From IMG/VR virus record IMGVR_UViG_3300021141_000706: a stretch of 64,000 bases of DNA; one strand, written 5' to 3'. The stretch is from a virus. The notes beneath the pieces are model-generated. The model worked only from the letters and a program-made list of their open reading frames with translations, searched no databases and was not told the origin of the DNA. Positions within the stretch are counted from its first letter, which is position 1. The number at the start of each line of letters is the position of its first letter. The position numbers and the translations under genes were made by a program. Of the stretch, positions 57,715 to 64,000 are shown in pieces.

Positions 57715-58383
57715 ATGAATGATCTTAATATAGATTACATAAATGATATCCTATCTACTTCTGTTATATCACACAAAAATTTAATTGGTGAAACACTATT
57801 TGTTAATAGCAATCCTGCTAAGGTAGAATCTGTTGAAGTTAAAAAAGTTAATAATAGTATTGTTACTAGTAGAACAAGTAATGATTATAAACTAGATTCA
57901 ACTACAACTGAAATCAAGAATCTTGATACGCCTTCTTTGATGTGTTCAATATCATTATTACTTGATAATCAATTTATTAAATCATTAGAAATATTTGGTA
58001 CAGATGAATTAGAGTTCTATAAGAAAGGAATTATGAAGTTACTCAGTAAGCCAAATCCACAAGTTATAGTTGATGAGATAGGTGAATACTACGACTGGGT
58101 TATAACATCACCTAAAATTTTCAATTACTTATCAAAACATAAAAACTTTGAATCTTTAACAGATGAGAAAGTAACTTCAATAAAGTTAAGAGGTAAGATA
58201 AATCAACTAAGTTTATTTGTAACAGATAATGTTGATAACGATACTTTATTCAAAGGAAGTTGTAAAGATAGTTCAAGTGTTATGTTAGATAGATTAAATA
58301 TATCTAAAGAATCAAATATATATAATGTTAAGGTTGATTATTTATTTATCAATCGAGGCGTTAGAAAATTGATTTTAGAATGA
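57715..58383 (+). CDS. Hypothetical protein, possibly a degenerate gp23/gp24-like capsid-fold paralog
   Basis: LLDNQFIKSL...DWVITSPKIFNYL...RGKI..LSLFV...LFKG recalls the C-half of T4-like capsid proteins (weak). Confidence 0.5.
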   Translation: MNDLNIDYINDILSTSVISHKNLIGETLFVNSNPAKVESVEVKKVNNSIVTSRTSNDYKLDSTTTEIKNLDTPSLMCSISLLLDNQFIKSLEIFGTDELEFYKKGIMKLLSKPNPQVIVDEIGEYYDWVITSPKIFNYLSKHKNFESLTDEKVTSIKLRGKINQLSLFVTDNVDNDTLFKGSCKDSSSVMLDRLNISKESNIYNVKVDYLFINRGVRKLILE

Positions 58384-58616
58384 GTGAACTAACAGATAAT
58401 CAACTTGATAAACTTTATGAAATGTCTGAGATACATTTCAAATGGTTTCAAATATACTGTCCTGATACTAAATACGAAGAAGTGTTACAACTTAATCATA
58501 TTAAGATGATGAGTATAATGAGCGGGTGTTCAGATTGCTCAGAAGATATGTTAGACTTTATCTTTGATGCTATCATTAGAGATTACAAAGAAATGTTAAA
58601 AGATTATAGTAAATAA
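58380..58616 (+). CDS. Small hypothetical protein
   Basis: ATGA overlap, CSDC. Confidence 0.62.
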   Translation: MSELTDNQLDKLYEMSEIHFKWFQIYCPDTKYEEVLQLNHIKMMSIMSGCSDCSEDMLDFIFDAIIRDYKEMLKDYSK

Positions 58617-58673
58617 TTAAAAAAAACAATTTTTAAAATAAATATATACATTATTAAAAAAATAATTAAAACT

Positions 58674-59204
58674 ATGAAATACGTTAAAACCTTTGAAAAC
58701 TTTTCTCAGGAAATGAGCTCTGAGATGGCACAAAGAGAACAAGAATTAGATATTAATTCACCCGAATATAAAGAGATGTTATTAAAAATAGCAGATGAAA
58801 AGGGAATTGATAATGCTGAGGTTCTTAAAATTCATGATGAAATAAAAGATTTACCAGTTGAGACAAACGAAGAGGTTGGTCCTATCGCTCTTCTTCTTGT
58901 TATTCCTATGTGTGTGACTTTATTTCTTACTAGTATGGGATTAAATGCTCTTACCGCACGCAAAGGTCTTAAAACATATATAACCGATTTAGCTAAGGGT
59001 AAAGTTACTGAATTAATCAAGAAAGATCCGAATCTTGCTGACAATTATGAGAATTTAGTAAGTAAAGCATATGACGAAATGATGAATGACAAAGAATTCA
59101 TAGCGAAAGTAAAAAAAGAGCAAGGTGATGGTTTATTCGTCCGTGGTCAAGAAAAATGGAAGGGATCGGGTGGTGTTACATTCGGTACAGCTGGTCGTTT
59201 TTAA
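58674..59204 (+). CDS. Putative internal virion/membrane protein (MKYVKTFENF leader)
   Basis: Leader, TNEE followed by a TM helix, AATATATA at 58641-58648. Confidence 0.72.
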   Translation: MKYVKTFENFSQEMSSEMAQREQELDINSPEYKEMLLKIADEKGIDNAEVLKIHDEIKDLPVETNEEVGPIALLLVIPMCVTLFLTSMGLNALTARKGLKTYITDLAKGKVTELIKKDPNLADNYENLVSKAYDEMMNDKEFIAKVKKEQGDGLFVRGQEKWKGSGGVTFGTAGRF

Positions 59205-59221
59205 TAGAATACTTTATAAAT

Positions 59222-59255
59222 AAAAAAAGAGTCCATAATAGGACTCTTTTTTTTT
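59222..59255. terminator. Bidirectional terminator
   Basis: aaaaaaagagtcc-ataata-ggactctttttttt. Confidence 0.8.
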
Positions 59256-59571
59256 ACATATTCTTTTGTAAATATTCTATGACAGACTTATACTTGAATG
59301 AGATTTTATATTTTTTGTAAAAAATAACAAACACACCGAGTGATAGTAAAGTGTTGGTTGATACTACTAAAATATTAGGTAATATAGAAATGCAAATTAC
59401 AGTTGATAATACTGAGAAAGCAAGTAAGTACTTAAAGTATCTTAGTGATTTATCCGAAATTGACTTAAATAATCTAAGATCATTAATAAGTTCTCTTTTA
59501 TCGAACACGTCTAAAGTTTGAAAGTATTCAACTAAGCTTGAGTTATCTGGTTTTTTAGAAATGAGAGTCAT
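59254..59571 (-). CDS. Two-TM membrane protein
   Basis: Two hydrophobic helices, host-type TATATTTG on the minus strand at 59600-59607. Confidence 0.65.
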   Translation of the reverse strand: MTLISKKPDNSSLVEYFQTLDVFDKRELINDLRLFKSISDKSLRYFKYLLAFSVLSTVICISILPNILVVSTNTLLSLGVFVIFYKKYKISFKYKSVIEYLQKNM

Positions 59572-59643
59572 TTAATAAATTTTTTAGTGATTATTTATAC
59601 AAATATATTAAATTATTTTTAATACCAAAATTATTAAGCTCCT

Positions 59644-59671
59644 AAAAAGAGTTCTTATTGAACTCTTTTTT
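59644..59671 (-). terminator. Intrinsic terminator
   Basis: aaaaagagttc-ttatt-gaactcttttt. Confidence 0.72.
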
Positions 59672-59674
59672 ATT

Positions 59675-60064
59675 TTAAATAAGTTTATCTAAAGAATTTC
59701 TTCTACGATATTTTTGTTTAGACTTTTCTACTTCATCTTCAATCATGTTGTTACCATATCCCATGTAGTTTCCATAATAAAGAAGTGTTGCGTCTCCTAA
59801 ATTCTCTTTAATACAATCATCACAGATAGCAATAATAAATTGGTCACCATCGTGTGTTGATCCATAACCGGCATCAATGATATGAATAATACCATTATCA
59901 ATCATTTCATTATTAACATTAACTAAACTACCATCTGGTCTTTTAGAATCTTTCCAAAGAATATCTTCTTCGTGTTGAGGTGGTGAATCTTCGGTTGAGA
60001 TTTTAGAACTAACAGGTGGTGTGTTAGGAATTACATTATTTTTCTTACAACAAATACAATACAT
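59675..60064 (-). CDS. Zn-binding hypothetical protein with C-terminal tag (RRNSLDKLI)
   Basis: CICC...GYGSTHDG...ICDDC. Confidence 0.72.
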   Translation of the reverse strand: MYCICCKKNNVIPNTPPVSSKISTEDSPPQHEEDILWKDSKRPDGSLVNVNNEMIDNGIIHIIDAGYGSTHDGDQFIIAICDDCIKENLGDATLLYYGNYMGYGNNMIEDEVEKSKQKYRRRNSLDKLI

Positions 60065-60210
60065 TATAAATTAAATATTTTTTTAATTTTCATTTTTCTT
60101 ATGAGTGCCTTTCTAATATTAACTCCAATATTATATGCTAATTGAGTTCTTGGATATAAACTAGCAAAGTCTAAATTTACTATAATCGGTGAAGTCTCTA
60201 TAGGTTCCAT
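60064..60210 (-). CDS. 48-aa micro-ORF not in the track: PolB motif-A-like peptide plus C-terminal tag
   Basis: MEPIETSPIIVNLDFASLYPRTQLAYNIGVNIRKALIRKMKIKKIFNL; TAATG coupling to the next gene. Confidence 0.65.
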   Translation of the reverse strand: MEPIETSPIIVNLDFASLYPRTQLAYNIGVNIRKALIRKMKIKKIFNL

Positions 60211-60323
60211 ATTCTTTTAATTTTTTCTTTTCTTTTTTCTTTTCTTTCCAATCTTTTAGCAAGTTGTAGTATTAAAGTAGTTTGATAACTCATAGACTCA
60301 CCACCTTTTATCATTGAATTCAT
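60198..60323 (-). CDS. 41-aa micro-ORF not in the track, essentially a helix plus the C-terminal tag
   Basis: MNSMIKGGESMSYQTTLILQLAKRLERKEKRKEKIKRIWNL; ATGA coupling to the upstream NTase gene (alternative starts 60314, 60293). Confidence 0.6.
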   Translation of the reverse strand: MNSMIKGGESMSYQTTLILQLAKRLERKEKRKEKIKRIWNL

Positions 60324-60925
60324 TTCTCAGCTACTTTTCTAAAGTCTGTTAAAATTTCATTTCTAAGTTCTCTGAATTCAGTATCTAATTCTTCCCAAGT
60401 CCATCTTTTACTTTTAATTTTATTCCAGATAAAGTTGGCACAAGAGAAGTCAGTAATTCTACCAGAGGTTGCCACTTGAGTAGCAAACATAGGAATTCTT
60501 AAAGAGTGAAATAAAGATTTAACTCCAATGTAATAATCATCTTGTTCTAACTTTTTCTTCGACTTCACCCAACTATTAGAACTAATATGTGATGTAGCGT
60601 GTCTCAGTTTAGCCAGGTTCAACTTTAAATCGTATTTGATAGTCTCTTTCAACTTAGCCCAATCAGGTGCCCAAATACACTCTAAATTGTTTATACGATG
60701 CCATTCTAAGTCAGCCTTAAACTTATCTGGAGTATAAACGTGAATGTTATATAAACCATTCTTAATTTCAATTACCTCAACAGAGTTATTAGCAACCATA
60801 ATGATATCCCAATCTGAGTCAGAGTTGGAAGTGGAATAAATTTGACTACCAAAAATATAAACATTGAACACACGACTTGTGTGTATTCCAGATGCTTTAA
60901 TTATTGTTTCTAATGTTGGTATCAT
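60320..60925 (-). CDS. Pol-beta superfamily nucleotidyltransferase with a helical C-domain
   Basis: YIFGSQIY.T...SDWDII, SWVKSKKKL, KSLFHSLRI. Confidence 0.8.
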   Translation of the reverse strand: MIPTLETIIKASGIHTSRVFNVYIFGSQIYSTSNSDSDWDIIMVANNSVEVIEIKNGLYNIHVYTPDKFKADLEWHRINNLECIWAPDWAKLKETIKYDLKLNLAKLRHATSHISSNSWVKSKKKLEQDDYYIGVKSLFHSLRIPMFATQVATSGRITDFSCANFIWNKIKSKRWTWEELDTEFRELRNEILTDFRKVAEK

Positions 60926-61143
60926 ATTCCTAACTCTTTTAATTTCTCTTTTCTAATTTTATCTAAACTGATTAAGTTTGATTCATGAACTCCAATTTTA
61001 GAACCTAAATCATTTATCAATTCAATGTAAACACCGTCAGAAGAGTAAACCACTAGACCATTCCAATCTCCTTCATATACTTTATTTTCAGTCATGTCAG
61101 ATCTTTTATGCCAATCACTTCTTGGTTTATATACCCATTTCAT
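60922..61143 (-). CDS. Small protein with C-terminal tag (IRKEKLKELGI)
   Basis: Coupled ORF; MTENKVY..LINDLG similar to 32018. Confidence 0.7.
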   Translation of the reverse strand: MKWVYKPRSDWHKRSDMTENKVYEGDWNGLVVYSSDGVYIELINDLGSKIGVHESNLISLDKIRKEKLKELGI

Positions 61144-61406
61144 ATTCCTAATTGTTCTAAAGTGTTATCTAATTTCAATTCTTTATTCCATTCTTCTAAA
61201 TCTTTCAAAGAATACTCACGACTAATCCATTTACCACCATATCCACTACTATCATACACTGCCTTTTCGGTACTATACCACACAACGGCTTTAGCTCTAT
61301 CATATTCAACATACAATCCATTAAACGGTGTTTCTACACTGATGAGTAAACCTCTACCATCTTTTGTATTTACTTCTTGAAATATTCTTAAAAAACTTGG
61401 TTTCAT
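61140..61406 (-). CDS. Small protein with tag variant (KLDNTLEQLGI)
   Basis: Coupled ORF. Confidence 0.68.
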   Translation of the reverse strand: MKPSFLRIFQEVNTKDGRGLLISVETPFNGLYVEYDRAKAVVWYSTEKAVYDSSGYGGKWISREYSLKDLEEWNKELKLDNTLEQLGI

Positions 61407-61942
61407 ATTCCTATCTTACTTAATATCTTACTTCTAATGTTTGCCTTTGTGTCCCAATAATCTTTCGTATCAAGATAATATAAATTCATACTACCTTTTG
61501 TTTGTGAGTTAAATGTTGGTTCTATAAATCTTATCTTCCAATCACCATCATCTTCATCTACATTTAGAATAACTAACTCTGTTCCTTTCGGAACTTTCCA
61601 CCAGTTTGGTTTCTGACTTTGGTCAGAAGTGTTAATGAACTTCCTAAACTGACCATCATAGTAAAAGTCTTTCTTAACAATAACAATCTCACCAGCCTCA
61701 GGAACATCATACTTACTTCTATCAAACTTAACTTTATCATTCATTATATTCATTCTAAAGATAACAAATAAACAAACAATAGTTATTGCTGATATACTCA
61801 CGAAAAGACCTGTAACGCCACCAAAATGTAAAGGTAGTGTAAATAAAAGAACAGATAACAACAATAAACTAAGTTTAATCATTTCATTATTATCTAACCA
61901 ACGATTGAATCTATAAAAACTATTTTTTAACATACTAACCAT
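61403..61942 (-). CDS. Two-TM membrane protein with C-terminal tag (IRSKILSKIGI)
   Basis: Two TMs followed by a beta-rich domain. Confidence 0.7.
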   Translation of the reverse strand: MVSMLKNSFYRFNRWLDNNEMIKLSLLLLSVLLFTLPLHFGGVTGLFVSISAITIVCLFVIFRMNIMNDKVKFDRSKYDVPEAGEIVIVKKDFYYDGQFRKFINTSDQSQKPNWWKVPKGTELVILNVDEDDGDWKIRFIEPTFNSQTKGSMNLYYLDTKDYWDTKANIRSKILSKIGI

Positions 61943-62268
61943 ACACTTTCTTTTGGTGTTTTATCTAAAACTTCATTAATTTTAATTTCTCTTTTGTAAG
62001 CAATCATCTTACTTAAAGTTTCTCTCAAGAAACTTAAAGTCTTTTGCTTTCTCATATCACTTCTATAGTGAGTGTGTTCAATTTCATCAATATGATAATT
62101 CATCATTACAATATCCACCGTCATGTCTTGGTAATAGTTATTAGAATGCCTCCAATAAATAATCTCACCATCTTTTAAGATGATATAATCTTTCTTCTCA
62201 TTGAAAGGACATTGAAGTTCTTCAATGATATGATAATATTCTCCGTTACTATTTACTACAAATCTCAT
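61927..62268 (-). CDS. Hypothetical protein with C-terminal tag (KREIKINEVL)
   Basis: Coupled ORF. Confidence 0.68.
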   Translation of the reverse strand: MRFVVNSNGEYYHIIEELQCPFNEKKDYIILKDGEIIYWRHSNNYYQDMTVDIVMMNYHIDEIEHTHYRSDMRKQKTLSFLRETLSKMIAYKREIKINEVLDKTPKESVWLVC

Positions 62269-63212
62269 GAGCCAAACAAACTATTTAATAAATCATCACG
62301 ATGAAAAGCCATATCCTCAAAATGTGAATAAGGGAAATAATTACTACGATTTAATTCATCAGTAATGTAAACCTGTAAATATCCGTTTGAGTTCAAACTA
62401 CTACTTCTAACCTCATATGATTTGTTAGCAACTAAAGCAATTTTATTACCATAAGGAACATCTTTCAAACACTTTAACATAGTTCCGTTAGGAACATTCA
62501 TTGAGCTTTTAATTTTATTTGAAATAGATGAAATAATATACTCTGAATTTAATTTACGAAAGTCAATTTTAGTTTCTTCCATAATCTCTACAAAACTACC
62601 TAATAGTTTCCTAGTAATATCAATCTCACGCTTAGGAACACTATCAAAGTTTAATTCTTGAACCGTATACCACCTAATACTATTAAATAGTTGTGATTGG
62701 TTAACAAATTTCTCATAGAAATATTGTTTTGAATCATCATAAACCTCAACATTGTTTTGAATAATGTAATTCAAAAGAGGAATAATACAAGATTTCAAAC
62801 CATCAATACTTTCACCACCTCTGCGACCGTAACTCATACGACCTCTTCTTGTTAAAGCGGGTTTAGAAACCCAACGACCATTTAATAAACGATCGAATTG
62901 AGGACCATCCATTAGAATCTCATTGAATTGTCTTTGGGTTCTATTCATAAAAAACTTTTTCAATCTAACATTTTGAGTAGACTCAGCAATCAATGCCTTC
63001 GATTTTCGCCAAGTCATTCCTTCTATAACAGGATTAAATTTATCATTATATTTCATGAAATCCCAAAACTCAGCAAAGTATTGAAGTCCAATATTTCTCA
63101 TAACATTGGAATTAACCTCACCTCTCTCATATTCGGAGATAATTGGAAACAATTCTTTAGCTTCTGCGTAAGTTGCTAAGTTTTTTTTAATTAGATCGTA
63201 GTTTAACTTCAT
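62265..63212 (-). CDS. Hypothetical protein; C-terminal small barrel plus tag (HRDDLLNSLF)
   Basis: 315 aa; last ~70 aa (LKC..LVANKSYEV..ITDE..FPYSHFE) resemble ORFs 32018 and 32560. Confidence 0.72.
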   Translation of the reverse strand: MKLNYDLIKKNLATYAEAKELFPIISEYERGEVNSNVMRNIGLQYFAEFWDFMKYNDKFNPVIEGMTWRKSKALIAESTQNVRLKKFFMNRTQRQFNEILMDGPQFDRLLNGRWVSKPALTRRGRMSYGRRGGESIDGLKSCIIPLLNYIIQNNVEVYDDSKQYFYEKFVNQSQLFNSIRWYTVQELNFDSVPKREIDITRKLLGSFVEIMEETKIDFRKLNSEYIISSISNKIKSSMNVPNGTMLKCLKDVPYGNKIALVANKSYEVRSSSLNSNGYLQVYITDELNRSNYFPYSHFEDMAFHRDDLLNSLFGS

Positions 63213-63517
63213 ATTTTATTTAAGAGTTTAGTGATACTTTCTTTCATATCAGATAATTCAGGAACACCGGCTCCAATATAAACAATAGCAATGTTTTTCT
63301 TAGGAGCAATTAACCCTCTGACAGATTCCTTCATATATCTTTTGATTTTGTTTCTATCAACAGCTCTTTTGAACTTCTTAGATGAAACAGCGAATAAGAA
63401 TTTTGTAGAATCAGAGTCTAAGAATTTAATCAAAACAAATCCATCTGAAAGGTACTTGCCCTTTTCAAATAGATTGTCGATCTCAGACTTTCCTCTCATT
63501 ATAAAATCTTTTTTCAT
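63209..63517 (-). CDS. rnpA: Ribonuclease P protein subunit
   Basis: EIDNLFEKG, FAVSSKKFKRAVDRNKIKRYMKESVR (RNR-type motif, Bacteroidota-like). Confidence 0.85.
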   Translation of the reverse strand: MKKDFIMRGKSEIDNLFEKGKYLSDGFVLIKFLDSDSTKFLFAVSSKKFKRAVDRNKIKRYMKESVRGLIAPKKNIAIVYIGAGVPELSDMKESITKLLNKI

Positions 63518-63522
63518 AAGTA

Positions 63523-63553
63523 CAAAGATAATAAATAAATTCTAATAAACAAA
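63523..63553 (-). promoter_or_regulatory. Bacteroidota primary-sigma promoter for the rnpA operon
   Basis: Minus strand TTTG, 19-nt spacer, TATCTTTG. Confidence 0.75.
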
Positions 63554-63581
63554 AAAACCCACCAATTACTTGGTGGGTTTT
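63551..63581 (-). terminator. Intrinsic terminator after clpP
   Basis: aaaacccaccaa-ttac-ttggtgggtttt. Confidence 0.78.
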
Positions 63582-63598
63582 AACTCTTACGAAAATAA

Positions 63599-64000
63599 TT
63601 ACTTCTTTGGAGTTCTCTTAGTAGGAGTTACTTTAGTAGTTATACTTGGAGTAGTCTTACTTGATAACTCAGGCATATGTAAGATTTCCTTTTGATAGTA
63701 ATCTTCAAAACCATCCATCAAAGTTGTAATTGAAGATGTTTTATCACTAATGATAATTTCATCAATAAATCCAAAGTCTAATGCTTCTTGTGAATTCAAC
63801 CACTTGTCTCTACGAGCACTTTCTAAAACTTCATCAAATGATCTACCAGAGTTCTCAGCCAACATCTTAAACAAGATGTAGTTGTACTTTTCAGACTCCA
63901 TTTGTGAGATACGATTATCTTGAACGTGTCCTTGAGCACCTGAACTAACTTGGTGAATCATTACTTTAGAAAAGTTCAATGAAGAACGTTTTCCTTTTGT
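63599..64000 (-). CDS. clpP: ClpP protease (C-terminal part; gene runs off the window) with a T/K/P-rich tail
   Basis: KGKR....SKVMIHQVSSGAQG (catalytic His), RDKWL (Asp), EALDFGFIDEI; frame open to 64000. Confidence 0.9.
   Translation of the reverse strand, partial: TKGKRSSLNFSKVMIHQVSSGAQGHVQDNRISQMESEKYNYILFKMLAENSGRSFDEVLESARRDKWLNSQEALDFGFIDEIIISDKTSSITTLMDGFEDYYQKEILHMPELSSKTTPSITTKVTPTKRTPKK

Noticed and set aside
60320-60925. MNT-HEPN or AbiE toxin-antitoxin pair
   Set aside because: The neighbours are tagged micro-ORFs with no RxxxxH HEPN or AbiEi-like partner.
5193-63545. Shadow ORFs in the track (e.g. 5193, 6339, 8070, 8131, 9361, 9536, 12853, 15729, 19562, 20674, 21124, 22779, 37523, 43739, 46103, 51335, 55327, 57049, 58832, 61108, 62928, 63291)
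   Set aside because: They are antisense or out-of-frame within well-supported genes, with no motifs or promoter support.
1-64000. Bacterial chromosome or integrated prophage
   Set aside because: Housekeeping-like genes are isolated from their usual operons and embedded among orphans. A baseplate gene and late-type promoters run across the whole window, and no integrase or att boundary is seen.
1-64000. Alternative genetic code (TAG/TGA recoding as in some large Bacteroidota phages)
   Set aside because: Code 11 gives full-length, tightly packed genes. TAG and TGA end genes at overlaps with the next start (e.g. 620-624 TAGTG and many ATGA junctions). No suppressor tRNA is seen here.
1-64000. 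CRISPR array or cas locus
   Set aside because: No regularly spaced direct repeats seen. The PD-(D/E)XK nuclease at 21608 is a stand-alone RecB/Cas4-like enzyme without the Cys cluster or cas neighbours.

Overview
This window is AT-rich, gene-dense DNA that reads best as part of a very large (jumbo/huge) T4-like myophage infecting a Bacteroidota host, not a bacterial chromosome. The case for a phage is a T4 gp6-like baseplate wedge gene, a LamG virion-type protein, three tRNAs, dozens of short orphan ORFs, and isolated metabolic genes with none of their usual operon neighbours (cca, prs, folD, folA, gmk, galE, ugd, an IMP-cyclohydrolase-only purH, rnpA, clpP, skp, rlpA, Hc1). The case for the host is about 10 Bacteroidota TTTG-N19-20-TAnnTTTG promoters and a T9SS-sorted protein paired with a TonB-dependent receptor. 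The main unexplained structure is a pair of mutually exclusive protein 'address labels'. (1) About 14 proteins, mostly downstream of an AATATATA late-type promoter, carry an N-terminal K-x-[FY]-x-x-F-x-E leader resembling the T4 capsid-targeting sequence. They include a CCA-adding enzyme, a zeta-like kinase and two HExxH proteins. (2) About 20 otherwise unrelated small proteins end in a shared R-x-x-K-[IL]-x-x-[IL] helix. These include two micro-ORFs missing from the ORF track, one a family-B DNA polymerase motif-A peptide fused to the tag. Other highlights are a tRNA maturation/repair toolkit, an apparent early-to-late codon switch matching the encoded tRNAs, and a captured TonB receptor/T9SS cassette with 11-bp-periodic upstream repeats. 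All family assignments come from motif recognition by eye; no searches were run.
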